Origin: Antedon mediterranea
Taxonomy: Eukaryota > Animalia > Echinodermata
Length of the DNA: 64,000 bases
Reading direction: 5' to 3'
NCBI RefSeq assembly: GCF_964355755.1
Contig: NC_092680.1
Span: 8,370,001-8,434,000 of the forward strand
The notes beneath the pieces are model-generated. The model was not told the DNA's origin. It did no database searches and worked only from the letters and a program-made list of their open reading frames with translations. The translations under genes were made by a program, and so were the position numbers. How positions within the stretch are numbered: position 1 is the stretch's first letter; each line of letters opens with the position of its first letter. Of the stretch, positions 39,101 to 53,984 are shown piece after piece.

Positions 39101-42100
39101 TGCGTATTCGGTAAATCAGGTCAGAAAAATATCTCGTATACATACACAAATGATACAAAATTAATAATATGGATAGGCCTGACTGTGGAATCCAAGCAGC
39201 ACACCACGTCCTCTGTAAGATATTGCAATATTACATTATAAACATAATCGATAATGTAGTATCTCATTGGAATTATACCCCTGGAGGGCATGTAATGAAT
39301 ATATAGATATATCAGATGGATTGTCTTTCTTCTTTAAAGACAAAGAGATACAAGTCATAAGCTGAATGATAGTTATTAATATTATGATGAAAATGTTTTT
39401 AGCAAATTCTCAAAGTTAGCTGAGTGCCTGTTTACATTAATAGTTTAGTTTAATACAAGATGAATCATAATGTTAATTCTAAGTTGACAAAAAATATGGA
39501 AGAACGTGGTTGACTCTGATAAATGTATGTCTTCAAAGTCAAAATCCCCTGAACCGTAAAGACATTTGTTTTCAGTTTTTGAACGGAGTCTTCAGAATGA
39601 GATATAATTAAATTGTATAATTGCAAAAGATTAGAGATCAAGAAACAAACAAGTTTGCTTATTGAGTTGCAGTTGTCTGCCGTACTAATTGTAATTGCTT
39701 CGATGGATGTAGTAAGCGCGTGACGAGTAATTCTGTTTCTTATAAATATAGAATTATGTTATTTTCTTGATCGTTTACAGTTAAGTGTTCTTGTAATAAT
39801 ATTAGTATACATGTTTAAAACGGCACCCACGTGGACTCTACGTATTTAAAAAATGAGGCAGTTTATGTGGTAAAAAGGTTGTTGTCAGGAGACAAGAAAC
39901 TGCAGGTGATGTTCATTCTCTCTAGACATGATATCGTACGAGAATCGGATGTAAAATGAAGAGTAATTCGTAATTAAAGTCGAATACATATATAAAACTA
40001 AATAATCTACTGGACAAACAAAAAATGCATGAAAAGCAAGTTAGTAATAAGCAAGGTTTTTATTCTAGCTTTTGATTAGTTAGACTTCTGAGAACTAATT
40101 ATTCGATATAAAATCCCTTCTGTAAAATTATCATCCTAATCTTTCGAAACTGAACTGAAGCAAAGATGAATTACAAAAATCAATGTTTTCTTAAACTACT
40201 CCTGTGAATCGAAATAGGCTTATGCAATTTGTATTTTTCTTTAACTACGTTGCATGTGGCACTCAAAATGTGTTTACGTGTTCTTTCTACCGATGTTTGC
40301 CTATATTGATTCGTTAGTTTGTTAAAATGAATGAATACATGTAAATGATTGAACAGATGGAGAACAAAATGAGAAATGAATTGATATATTTAATGTTATT
40401 ATAGAAGAAAGCAAGTTTTGTTTTGAAGTAGATAATATGTATCTGATATATACATTCATTTATGTGAAGAAGGGGAAGGGAGGGATGAAAATACATGACC
40501 GAAATGTGGTTGGCAATTGTCTGGATACTTTCCACGTCATATTCTCGTCATTTTCATTCATATCAGTAACGTCTCAAATCAAATTATGTTGATGATGATA
40601 TCAGTTTTAAATTGTCAGAAGACAAACACAACAACTGTTTGTTTATTATCTATTGATTGTGATTATTTTATCACAGGATTAAATACTTGTTGTAATACAA
40701 ACTGAATATTTGATCAACTTAAAACGATCGTGCTCACGAACCGTCCTATTGCGCACTAACCGTTCATTTTGCTCATTAAAGTCGCATGGATGATTTCGAA
40801 AGATCACGTCTATCAAGATGAATTTGATTTTGTACGTTAAAAAATAATCTGAAATCAAATTAGATTGGAAAAATAAGTTGAATAATTCAACTCACGGTGC
40901 TATTAATATTCAATATCGGCTTACTAATGCGGAATTTATTACCACAGAAGCATTTTAACACCATGCCAAGTAAAACATTAGTTGATAAATTATTTCAAGT
41001 TGATAATTCAATATATTATTTATTTGTATTCAATCCATTATTTGTCCAAATTATAGAATATTCCGGCAATCATATAAATATTAGATACCGAAGTATTTAC
41101 TGTGGCAGTTGTCTCGCATTTCTAACACGTCCGTTAGAAAAAAATAATTGTATACTTACATCTAATAATACAGTGTTCATGTTTTAGTATAATACGTTTT
41201 ATCTTGAGCCATCCGTGTATAAGTAACAAGTCACGAATTCAATCTTTGAAAAGTAATAACTTTGAATAAAACTTCTTAGAAAGCTTAGTAGTTTGTGTAT
41301 ATGGAGGCTAAAATGGTTTCTAAGTTTATGTTAACATGTTAGTTTAGACCAAATAAAAAATAATAGTTAGTTTCACGCCTCCTCGGGAACACATTTTTTC
41401 ACACTTCACGGCTCAACACCCCTCTATCAAATTTTAGAACAGCAAAACTTTAAAAACTATTTACTATTTAAAATTGTTTTCAACAACAATAGTCGTGATA
41501 TATTATACACAAATTTGAAAAAATAAATGATTCGATTTTCCATCAACATTTTATGATTACAGTCATCGTACTTTTATGTTTGTCCTGGAGTGGCCTCAGA
41601 CTTGAAGCTAACATTTTTTATTTGGCTTTATATGAGTCTGCCTGGTGCTGCATTGAATTGACTATAACATTCGATCAAAATTGTTATTTTTAAGATGACA
41701 GACGTATTAACACGTAAAACATGTTCATATAAATTGTGTAACAAGATAAGATGGATACCCAGAATAGATAGTGATAACCAAATGTTATACTGTAGAAATA
41801 CCTGTTTAGGCCTAACATTTGAATTCAACAACCTATTATTGGAAAGTATTTTCAACCCATTCAATATTGAGGTTTATTGCTGAAAATAACGTCATGTTAA
41901 CTTTCTTTATGAGACTTTATAGTTGATGTGGAATGAATTGCTCGCAGAGTGCATTACGTTCTTCACACTATAAATTGTTTTTCATGCATATCGACAATCT
42001 ACAGTCCATAAGCCAATGTTTAGCCTGAATATACTTAATCAAATAGTATTCAAATGTATTTTGTTCGTTTATACAATCATTTAAAAAAAACAACATTATA

Positions 42101-42900
42101 TTAAAATATTATAAAGTCCGCTGAACTTATAATAGGCGTCCTACCCTCTAGCTATAGATGTTAGACTATAGTGTTCTGTCTTGCCGCGTGTGCACCCTAA
42201 CAACAATTTTGTCATAATCTTTCTTCTTGATTTTCTTTAGAAAAATTATCAAGCAAATAATTGTTATTTCATAAAACTAATAAATAAAGCAATACATGCA
42301 TAACGGGACAGAGATCTCGGACGCTGAGCTTTTGTTTCGTGTATCACCATTGTGTTACTGTGCACGTTCGACAATCGCCACACAAATCATCACTTCTTCC
42401 TTAGTCTACCGTCACGTGACGAATGTCGTAAACGAACCACATGACTCGACATACCATGCACTAATAATAACTTCTCCCTTCTTGTAGATGATTATTAGAC
42501 TATCGGGTCTTCTGTCAAGTATCTTCCGTTTATTTTACTCCATGAGATAGGAAAGATGAACAACCTGTTTATTAACATTATATCGTGCCAAATTAGCGCT
42601 CGGATGTGAAATACTTATTTAACTTTTACCCTAAAGGTCTCCTCAATTAGTTGCTCGTATCGTCTTCATGTACCGTATTATAAACACCACACGTACTATC
42701 ATAGATACATGTTTCATGTGCTGACGTCATGTTGGAAATTGATGACATTTATGTATTGAACATTAGATAAGAATATTCTTTGATTTGTGGTAGGCATTTT
42801 TAAAAATATTTTGTATGTAGGCCTATTATTTACATGGACATTTTTTTTTTCAATAAATTTCGGATATCAGTACCGAGTTTCTAAGTAAGTCTTTATTTAA

Positions 42901-43085
42901 AAATGTGTTGTCCCCAAAAAACATGAAAAATGAAGATTATAGTTTTAATAAAGTTAATCAGTTCCCTAGAAAAAAAAATGAAAATGTTTTTACCTATAAA
43001 TTGACTAAATAAATGGTTAAATTCCACCAAAAACCCACTGGCTGGCAGCCAATTTGGCCATTTTTTGCTCATGAATTATACGTAT
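42901..43085. mobile_element. Kolobok-like MITE, truncated second copy
   Basis: Aligns with 18399-18610 (ttgtcccc...catgaaaaatgaagatta...tggctggcagccaattt). Confidence 0.65.
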
Positions 43086-45016
43086 GAAACGCCTCATGTG
43101 CCAAACTATTTATCTTTTTACTAATTTCGTTTCGTTTTTGCACTGAAGTTATCACGAGACCAAAACACTATGATTATTATCAATGCAGTAGAGGATCCAG
43201 AGAGGGCGCACCCTCCGCACGCCCCTATAAATCTGGAGGAAAAATCCTACCCCTATCCTTCCCCTCCTGACTTTCACATTGAACGTAAACAATGTTATCC
43301 CTAGTCTCGTGTGTTTAACCAGCGGAAAAAGTATACCACAATCATTTTACCGATTGTTAACACGCTATGAGAGTGTCATTTCCAGCCAATTATAGGTTCC
43401 AATTATCATGAATTTTACGAGTACCATTTCCGACCATCTAGGGTTGTCATTTAACAAAATCTGCTTCTATCTATCTATAAGCCATGTATGTTAACTAAAG
43501 CAACTTTAAACCCATTATTTGTAAATGTAAAATAGAAAAAAAATTAATACTTGATGAAAAAGATGATTAAAGGTAATCAAAATATGTATTACATATGGTA
43601 GTTTGGTTCGATTTGACATTAATGTAAAACACATTATGACGTAAGTTGATAGTAGATATATGTATAAAACATTAGAGTATACATGGATTGACGTCTCCTT
43701 GACGTTTTGCATAATCAGAATAAGGAAGTCGTGTACTTGTTTTAGTCTGAGAAGGATTTGTAGTCCTAACCGTGAATGAATAACGTGATGTAAATATAAA
43801 TATTATGCAGTGTGTATGGTGTGAGATGGAGCGCACGTTGGCCGTAGGCTTCTTCATACACAACTCGTCCACGCTTATTTTAATGGGAACAAAACGTCTG
43901 AATAACCTTTGTGTAGCCATGGTATTAGGATATAACTACAATTACCACGATAGTAATGCTCTAGCTTATGCAGTTTTCTTGATCGATTTTGTACCTGTAG
44001 TTTTATGCCGAAAGTTAAGTTTCAGTGTCGATTAAGAGAAATCCAGATAAAACAGCAGGTAAGCGGCAGCTTATGTTTATTTTTACAATGAATGGCGAAT
44101 CAGCAGCTCAGTTTATTTTACATTTCTTTTACTCGTTTAAATATCACTTTATACTTATTTTATTAGTGTTCTTGTCTTAAATATCACGTTTCTGTAATTC
44201 TTTAATGTTACCGTTTATATTAGGAATTGTCGATAAACTGAATTGAAAGTTTATAATGAACTTCTTTTTCATTTAATTCGTGCAGATAATCAGCATTTGA
44301 ATAGTAATGGATTATGAGTTTAGGACTACAAACGAACCCCCTGGTTATGCTGTACTGTACGAATGAACGAATGTTATTATCCCTATTGCCTTTAATCACG
44401 ACAATACATTCCTATGTTTTATTACTATTTTTAGTTAGTTAGAATTTCATTTCATCTTGTCCTTTTGTATATGTTTTGAAATGAAGGAATAAAAAAGGAC
44501 TTTCATTGTCCAATTCCCCACATCTTTCATGTCGCCATTTGATTGGTCCAATGCTGTAATTGATGCAGGACACCTGATTGTTGTTTTCGTGAAACACGTA
44601 ACAGATTATTCAATCTAAGCCAGATGAAGACGCTTAGAAACATTTCATTTTTCATGGAAATGGCTCAGATTACTGTTATAACTTACCATCGTAGTACCTA
44701 TGGAGAATAATATATAATGTTTTTCTCATGAGGCAACTACTAATGCTACTGTCGTATCCTGCTATTAACTAGTTTGCCGATTGTTGAACGGAAGTTTGAT
44801 ATAATGGGAAATATATTGATATACGATTTGATATGGTATATTAATTAGGCGACTTCTCACTAAAGAAATGGTGAGTAAATTTACGACTGTACTGTACAAA
44901 CTGTAGACCTATTAATATATTTAGTATCATGTTCTACCATGGACCTTTTTAGGTCTATATTCACGTCTTGGGCCAAGAGCTTGGGTTTGATGGTCATCTC
45001 ATGCGCAAGCTCTGTG

Positions 45017-45605
45017 GTTCAGATTCAGATTCAGATAACATTTATTTAGATAATAGGCCTAATGAATGAACATATACAAAATAGAAAAAAGATATTAAAG
45101 TGAACATAGATAAAACAGTAATTGGTAGTCATTATTATCATGTATCTCTTCTAGAAGTTAAAAACTTGTCTCGCAGGGACCCACAACAAAACACATTACT
45201 AAAAAAATAAAAATAAACCTAGAGTATATAATTATATAATTGAGAATACAAATTACAGTGTAATAACATAACTAACATCTTCTTTATCAAAATTATTTAA
45301 ATTATATTTCTATATTTCCATGATATAAATGAAATAAGTACCGATATCGGTAAATGAAAAAGATATGTACACATATACATATAAATACATACACATACAT
45401 ACATGGTTACAATAAGTGGATAGTATAGATTAAAGATTGCAATAATAAACAACAACTAATATTTTATGTGTAAACTTAAATAGTATATTGAGTATAAATA
45501 ATGATAATAAGCATATTACCTAAGCTGTATAATATTTAGATAAATAATGATTCTTTAATTTTTTTCGGAAAGTAAATAATGATGATATTGACGTTTTGAT
45601 GTTAG
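45017..45605 (-). mobile_element. CR1/L2-group (Crack/Daphne-like) LINE 3' end with long 3' UTR
   Basis: Minus strand NIKTSISSLFTFRKKLKNHYLSKYY, then an AT-rich UTR, AATAAA and a (TCTGAA)n tail. Confidence 0.6.
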
Positions 45606-48600
45606 ACTACGTATCTGTCCTGTCGTGTTCCTCAATAATTATAAACTTACATCACAGTTGTACAACATATTCTTTCCACAAACAATAATCATTGATGATT
45701 ATCAATAATCAATTAAAAATAATAATTATCAGTAATATATTTAATATAGTTTTTTTTTAATCAAAGAAATATTTGTTTGGTTTCCCAATTCCTTTGTTTT
45801 AAAATCATATTTTGCATCTTATCGCAGAGCACAATTCAACCTTCCATAATTGATGAGAAATAGAATTTCACAAGAAAAGTAAGATTTATTGGTGTAGTTT
45901 AATAGCGTGACGTCAAAGTGTATGAAACGTAGATATAAAATAAATTTATATTTCTACAAAATTGATCGATATCGGTGATAGTAGAATAACTGATTCAGGA
46001 TTCGGTTGATACACTCTATAATTATATAGGTTTTATCATGGGACTCTTTCCCCGTCCGATGTACGCACATTTATTTTATTTTATCATACTTATATTGATA
46101 TTTTTAATCTATACATTTTGTTAATCCAAAGAAAGTAAATCACAGAGCGCAGAATGCACCAAACATGTAATATATTTTATCGAGATAAAATATTCTTAAT
46201 TGATAGTACATATTCTTTTGCTTTCCAATATTTGTTTCTCAAAGATTTATCAAGAATGAATTACCTTACATTCCTCTGGGTATGATAGCAAGTACTCAGA
46301 AAACATGCATTCTTAATGAGGGCAACCTCATATTAAGTATAGATTCTATATTTAGAAATCAATGACGTCATCATGAGACTTGTTGCGAATAATTATTCGA
46401 TGCTATTTTGAATTTTAACTGCATATGGATAACGCTTATTCTACACCTCATTATTTCAGCTTAACTTGTTTCTAATGATACCATGACATTTTCAAATTTA
46501 TCTATTCTCCATGGTCAAATGAATGCGCCATATGTCTTGTACGTGCAACTAACAGCCCGTACCGATAGGCTATAACCTATGGTTCAAGTTTTATTAATCT
46601 GTGCAAAAATATATTGCAGAACTATTAAAATCTTTCATTAAATCCACATCAGCATTAGTGAACATCATAAATAACATTATCATTATAAAGTTATAATATG
46701 AAACGTTATCATGATTTTGTATCATCGTTTTTTCATCATGTTATCACACTAGCGTCATTATCATCAATTAGATTGAATGTTACCTTAAAGAAGACTTGAC
46801 AACTGAGCTCATTCTGTCCCATTTACGTCATAATTAAGTGCAATATCTTCGTTCAAACACACGAGCGAACATTTTGGGGGAGAGTCAGACAATCTCCGTT
46901 TTGAATAATCCACTTTAGGTAATACATTGAAGATAGAAATTCATATTGACAACTCTAACTGTATGCTTTTTTCCCTCAATTAATTTTTATTTTAAAATTA
47001 TGGCTGATGGTAAAGAATTTGTCAGTGCAGTCGGCTCTATCATCAATATTGTTATCATTGTCGTCAATACTCTTTATTTGAGTGAGTTGATACAAAAGAA
47101 AGAGCTGGAATTAAATGCCCACAAAATGTATCTAGATAAAAACGACTCAATTTTACAAAACACATTAGAAAACACATCCAATTTGAAAAGATAAAATAGC
47201 TGAAATCAATCAACTATAAAATCAAACATTAATTTTGTAGTGCAACATGTTACCTTCTTGGGTAAGAGAATGACCTTGTATTATTTGCAAATCACCCTTC
47301 ATGTTACCTTTGGCGTCAAGTCCCTCGGCTTAGTCATTAATATTGTTGTCACTTTCGTCACTTCCCTATCATCATGAATATTGATATCATTGCAATACCT
47401 TAATAATTATCATCACCAAGATATCTATTCCAAGAATAATCTTTCTCATTACTAATCAACTTCATGCAAAAACTATAGGAGCATGATTACCCAACTGTTA
47501 TCAATATGTTATTTTGTATTGTGAGTGTAATACTATTAATAACGGCCTTACAGTATTGGTTAGTCATTGTTGACTTATAATAATAAATAGTATTGTAGTA
47601 TATTGTATTTTAAATGTGTGAATGCTTCTTTAGAATTGTGGTATTGCCATGAGCGATTTGACACAGTAACGTATTAGATGCTTGATCCAATTCATTTGCG
47701 CAAGCTCATTTTAAAGTGATTATGTTGCCTTCTCTTGCGACGTTAATGATCGTGTTGGCATTTCATTTAACCAATGTACACACAATAACCTTCTGTATAT
47801 AAATAAGTTACAGCTAGACTAGTTATTTTCTGTAGTAATTGATTTTAGTAGGAACAAGAAAAATATTCTCATTCTCTGCCTGTGTAAATGAATCTACTCC
47901 GAAAATGTGAATGCAATACATGCTAAATCAACTGTTATCAAATCAACTACTTTCAATAGTGCATACTAAGTAGTTACTGAAAATGAAGTCAAAGTTGTTA
48001 TTCCATGAGAATACACTGACTTTTTGTATTTACCTCGAAGATATTTTCTATTTGTCTTGACCTTTTTTAGTGTGGCTATGCAAGGTGATATCATCATCTG
48101 TAGAAATATGACCATTTAGTTTTTCAGCATTTAATGAACTGTTCGTATAAGTAATATGCATGTGTGTTATTTATGAATGAAGTGCTGAATTTGACGTTAC
48201 AATATTACTTTATTTAGATTTAAGGGGGCGGGAAAATGAACGCGATGTCAAATTTAAGATAAACGTACATAATTAATCGTTGGGCATGTTTCAGTGATTC
48301 CGAAATTATGGATTCCGCGCGCCTAAAAGCAAAATATATAGATTGACCCCTAATTAGTAATTCTCTGTTTTTATTATCTGAATAAATTAATATCGAATCC
48401 GTTTAGACTTTGTCTAAACTTTGAACAAAATCTGAAATCTCCTTGTACCATTGATGACACTTCATCAGTATTAGCAAAAACTTTTCATCAACCATGTATA
48501 ATTTAACCAGACCTTAAACAGTACCCTGTTCCGTCATGGGTAATTTCTGCTAGTAGGTTTCCGGCATCACACGACATTTACAACAATGTAGGCTACATTA

Positions 48601-51158
48601 TTCAACCTGAATCTTTAATCGAGTGTTTTTTAATCAGAATTGTAATTGGTGTTTCAATGTTTATTACATCACTGTATCGGAGTCAAAGGATTATATCAAA
48701 AGTAATAAGGTGCTATTAAACAAATTGTTTGTTTATTATCATACGGTATATTAGTATTATTAAGCAACCGTGTGAAATCAATTCAAATGTGGGTGTTGTG
48801 GGTAAGGTCTGGACACCAGCTGCTGTGTATTGTAGTATAATGGCTCTGATATAACCCTAATACTAGAAATATCTTCTCCTCAATTGAGAAGAATGAATAC
48901 AAGAGGAGAAAACTGAAAACTTAACCGGATATAGACTGCCCCCTATTGACCAGCATTGCACAAAGAAAAACTGGATGAAGTGATTCGGGATTCAAATACA
49001 GCAATGTGTGTTTTGTTCATGTATTTCGTACCTATACTATAAGAGCAGTAATCAGGTCTAGTTGTAGACAATCTACGAACTTTAATGATAGAAAAATTAC
49101 CTTCTATCATAAGTTTTCAAATTTTTTCAAGTTATCCAACGACAGTAGTTATAGGCCTATTACGCATTTTTGTATTGTTTATAATGCTGTAAATTGCATC
49201 TCGTAAGTATTACCTTATATCTCGTGTATAATGATATTTAAGCAACATTGTTGTATTTGTTCACCTGTGCACACCTTTTTAGAAAGTCGTAAAGCTAAAA
49301 CAAAACTACTTAAAATTCCGCTTTTCGAATTGACGGCGTTCATTCCATGTTAACGATGCTCTCTTATTACCGGCATTACGTTATTATTCCTTTAATATAT
49401 GTTTTAATTCGCTTCGCTTTATACGTGAAGTTATAATTATAACCGCCAAATGTAATCATAACTGCTATTAAGGTATTTTGAATGACTATTCACAAATAAA
49501 AATGTCATAAACAAAACAACAGCCAATAACAAAAATGATGCAACACAACGTAATGATGATGGCCTAATATAATGGTCATTAGGACTATACATTTCAGTCC
49601 ACTCTAGCCCCATAATAGTTAAAAGAACGATCGAATAGAGCATGCGCGCATATCTAGCCCATAAAGCACACGTCACCGTATGCTGTATAGGCCAAATGAA
49701 AGAAATTGTGAAATTTTAGAACTGTGTGACCTTTGAAAAATATACATTGTATTTAGTTTTTAAAAAACTTGCAACTGTTGATTGCGGCTGTCAACGTTTC
49801 GAGTTGTGTAAACGATAATCGATCATAGTTATATCACAATATTGTATATCCCTACTTCACAATTATTATATTGCTAATACATAGCTAATAATAAAGCCCA
49901 TCGTTAAAGGAAAAAACTAATTCCGGACATGAAATCAAGATTTAACCAATAATGGTTAGATAGACACAAAGTCAGATATCAATCCAGTGCTCGTAGCGTA
50001 AGCCACACTGTAGTATGCACATTGTATGCTTGAATACGTTATAGGCCAACATATTGAATTGTACGAACAAAATATTATAACATGATATTTTAAATAAATT
50101 GAAAAATAATCAATGAGAAAATATGGAATATGTTACGTGTAAAATTTTAGAAAACAATAATATCGGCCTAAATAATGAAAAGAAATGCTTATAAATTCCA
50201 AATTCCTTGTTTTCACGCGATAGGTGTATTGCACTCCATTCAGTTTAACGTCACATTGTTCACACAGCTTAAATCTGTCAAAACGTTGTTCATTTTTATG
50301 GTTGATGTTTGTAGAAATTGCATTCCGTTTGCTTTGCCGCTGAGAAACAATTGCTTATGCTAAAACAAATCTTAGTCGATGAATTAAACAGCGTAAGATT
50401 GTATTGTGTTAACGAGCTGAAAGCTCAACTATGCCATGAGGTATGATGTTGACTGAAAATAACTGCATATAAAATAAGTTGTGATTGGAAAGATGAAATG
50501 CATATTATAAGGATATTAAGATAAATCTTGTTACAGTGGTACTCTGGATCTGAAAGAGTTAGGTAAAGCCTACAACGTTCGCGATAATTGACAAATTGCA
50601 TTAAGGAACGTTTTCTCATCAACATTTTTATTCACACCTTGAAAGCGACTAGAAGCAAATCCACTACTGTAAAATATAAGCGAGTAGTATATAGAAAAGC
50701 AAATATAAGACGATACTCGGCTAATATGTGTATGTAAATTAAAGAACACGCTTAGGTTGATTTGCCCTGGGGTACAGGTAGGCCTACCATAATAATGATG
50801 TCTTCCCTATAAGCCACTTCAACTGCTATAAAGTATAATACATAATGGAATTGATTTCAGTTTACAAGAACGCAAACTCCATTGCTCTTAGCTTAGAGAA
50901 TAGTATTGTTATATAAACTGACGTTATTTCAAACTTTGATTTTACGTTTATTTATGGTTAATTTCCATTTTTTTTATCGTACCGTGTTTTAATAACGTCA
51001 TTAATCTTTTAATCAAATAAAGCTCTGTCTATATAGTAGGCCTGTTAAGTGACCCAATCCTTCAAATTGTGATAACATTCTGAAACTTTGCACAGTTATT
51101 CATTAGGGTGTCAAAAATATGAAATGGAAGGGTTGCACAAAATTTGGTCAGGGGAAAG

Positions 51159-51920
51159 CCGCCATTTTGGATTTCAAAATGGCGGACCCAAATTGTTCAC
51201 TTTTCAGGTATATCTCTGCTAAATAGGCACCTAGAGTTCTGAATTTAGGTGCAAATTATATGGTAATGGGGTCACCCAACATATTGGTATAACTAACATT
51301 TTAATTGCATGGCGGCCATTTTGGATTTCAAAATAGCGGACTTCAAATTTTCACTTTTTAGGTATTTCTCTGCTAAAGAGGCACCTAGAGTTCTGATTTT
51401 AGGTGCAAATTATATGGTAATGGGGTCACCAAACATACTGGTATAACTAACATTTTGATTCCATGGCGGCCATGTTGGATTTCAAAATGGCGGATTTCAA
51501 ATTTCCATTTTTCAGGTATATCTCTGCTAAAAAGGCACCTAGAGTTCTGATTTTAGGTGCAAATTATATGTTAATGGGGTCACCAAACATATTGGTATAA
51601 CTAACATTTTGATTGCACGGCGGCCATTTTGGATTTCAAAATGGCGGACTTTAAATTTTCACTTTTCAGGTATCTCTGCTAAAAAGGTACACAGAGTTCT
51701 GATTTTAGGTGCCAATTATATAGTAATAGGTAACCAAACATATTGGTATTTAACTGACATTTTTATTGCATGGCGGTCATTTTGAATTTCAAAATGGCGA
51801 ACTCAAAATGTTTCAGTACGGTACCTACAGTTATAATTTTAGGTACAAAGTATAATATAGTATTGAGGTCAACAAACATATTAGTATAACGTCATTGCTT
51901 GCATGGCGGCCATTTTGAAT
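51159..51920. repeat. 154-bp subterminal tandem repeats, ~5 units (left arm)
   Basis: gccat core recurs at 51161, 51315, 51469, 51623 and 51776. Confidence 0.93.
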
Positions 51921-51989
51921 GTAGCTCAACCCGTACTGGCTTTACACTATTTGTTTATGTTCATAATTACATGCATTTAACACGGACAC

Positions 51990-53010
51990 TTATTGTAGGT
52001 CACATTTTCCCTGGCAACCACACAGCTCTGTACATCGTAAATCACTCTTTCTGCATTTACAGCATCCAAGATCACAGTCGGTGTGTCCAAAGCGAATTAA
52101 AACCTTTGTGACATCTGAAAGTTCTCCAAGATATGAACTCCAAGCTGGACTAAATTTGTTGCCGTCCTTCCTCTATCCCCAGTTCGCTAGGTCCTGTTCA
52201 ACCCTGAATGCATCTAGACAGTCGTACCCACTTCCTGGTCCTGATGTTGGGGGATATTTTCAATAGTCTTTCTCTTGTTGTAAAAAGATATCGTATTGCA
52301 TCATTAAATGTTCTGCAGTAGACATAGTTACAACAAACTGTTCTAGATAATCTGTGTCTGTTTCACTAACATGCCCTACAGACAATGACATCCTCTCAAA
52401 AACTGGAGTCCTACATGGCATCTTTTTCAAAGTCTCGTTAAATGTAGCTTTACCTTTTCCTTAAACAGATGAAGTTCTATCACAACCGCTAATGGTATGA
52501 AAGAACAAGTAAGCGGCTGATGCTTGTGATCCAAGAGAAGAAGCAATCTCGTGTATTGGGATGTACTTCAAGTGCTTCCCCACTCCAAACTCAATCAGAA
52601 GCTCGTGGATGCCAGGTATTCTGTGGAAAGCTGACAACACTGTGTACAGTCTTGACAATGCGTGGAAAATTTCAGCGGCAAGTTTAACGTGAACAAACAT
52701 ACGTTCATCTGCCTCTTCTATGTTACATGGCATCAGCGATTGTATATTTACTGGTTTGTTACAGCTCTGTCTCCCAAAGACCCTACAAACATTCCGTGAT
52801 TTGTGCCAATGTTCTCTACTACTTCAGTTACAATAAATGAAAAAACTCTGATTTGTTGTCATCAAATCTAAAAAATGTGGTCCAATTGTTGGGCATGCTC
52901 CCGCTGGCTTTAACGACCCTCCTTACACCAGAAACGCGGTTGGAACGCTTACCAGACTTTAAACTGTCATTAAAGTATCTATCGAAAAACAAATCTAGTC
53001 GTGTCACTGA
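51990..53010 (-). pseudogene. Academ-like protein C-terminal fragment (PIN/XPG nuclease to Cys8), left arm
   Basis: RLDLFFDRYFNDSLK...PNNWTTFF...NKSEFF; EEADERMFVHV; FHTISGCDRTSS; frameshifted; Cys8 region mirrored at ~51990-52115. Confidence 0.8.
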
Positions 53011-53012
53011 TC

Positions 53013-53912
53013 GAAGTTGACACAAATCACGGAATGTTTGTAGGGTCTCTAGGAGACAGAGCTGCAACAAACCAGACTGTAAATATACAACTGCTGATGC
53101 CATGTAACATAGAGGCAGATGAATGTATGTTTGTTCATGTTAAACATGCCGCTGAAATTTTTCCGCGCATTCTTGTCAAGACTGTAGACAGTGATGTTAT
53201 TGTTATTGCATTGTCAGCTTTCCACAGAATACCTAGGATCCACGAGCTTTGGATCAAGTTTGGAGTGGGGAAGCACATCCCAATACACGAGATTGTTTCT
53301 TCTCTTGGACCACAAGCATCAGCCGCTTACTTGTTCTTTCATTCCTTTAGCGGTTGTGAATGTGATACAACTTCATCTGTTCAAGGAAAAGGTAAAGCTA
53401 CATTTAACGAGACTTGGAAAAAGATGCCATGAATGACTTCAGTTTTCGATAGGATGTCATTGTCTGTAAGGTTAAGTGTCGAGACCTAAGCTAATGATAA
53501 TGGCTGTGGTGCCCATCTCCATTTCTTTAGCGTTTGAGCCAGACTCCACTAAGTGTGTATGTTTGTGGGGGTACGCCACTCCTCCCGCACAAACAAGTCT
53601 GATTTACCTTCCCAGTACTTTTTACATACCGGTACCCATTTCTATCATCTGGGTGGGGAGAAACAATGTGGATAAAGAATCTTGCTTAAGGACTCAACAC
53701 TGCAGTGACCGACCGGCCTTGATCAGCAACCTCTTGATTGCAAGTCCAATGCTCTAACCACTGCGCCACAGTGCTCCACACTCTCAGATGTCACAAAGGT
53801 TTTAATTCGCTGTGGACACACCGACTGTGATCTTGGACGCTGTAAATGCAGAAAGAGTGATTTACGATGTACAGAGCTGTGTGGTTGCCAGGGAAAATGT
53901 GACCTACAATAA
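53013..53912 (+). pseudogene. Academ-like protein C-terminal fragment, right arm, interrupted by a SINE
   Basis: EADECMFVHVKHA...VKTVDSDV...FHSFSGCECDTTSSVQGKGK (XPG/FEN1-like EAD, DxD and H3TH GxD motifs); 53787-53912 encodes DVTKVLIRCGHTDCDLGRCKCRKSDLRCTELCGCQGKCDLQ* with 8 Cys. Confidence 0.85.
53468..53780 (-). mobile_element. tRNA-derived CORE-like SINE inserted in the Academ right arm
   Basis: Minus-strand head ggagcactgtggcgcagtggttagagcattggacttgcaatc (A box TGGCGCAGTGG); body matches 34341-34637. Confidence 0.88.
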
Positions 53913-53984
53913 GTGTCCATGTTAAATGCATGTAACTATAAACATAAACAAATAGTGTAAAGCCAGTACAGTTTGAGCTACGTT

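Noticed and set aside
37300-44900. Scattered strong donor sites (37832, 44059, 44871) and CRE/ETS-like words suggesting 5' exons of a large gene
   Set aside because: No coding chain could be assembled, and such motifs are expected by chance.
51899-52111. ORF pair 51899..52111(+) and 53791..54156(-) as duplicated genes
   Set aside because: They are antisense read-throughs of the Cys8/3' region in the two inverted arms.
53700-53780. tRNA gene (also ~17370-17440 and 34341-34385)
   Set aside because: There is no complete cloverleaf or acceptor stem, and each continues into a SINE body.
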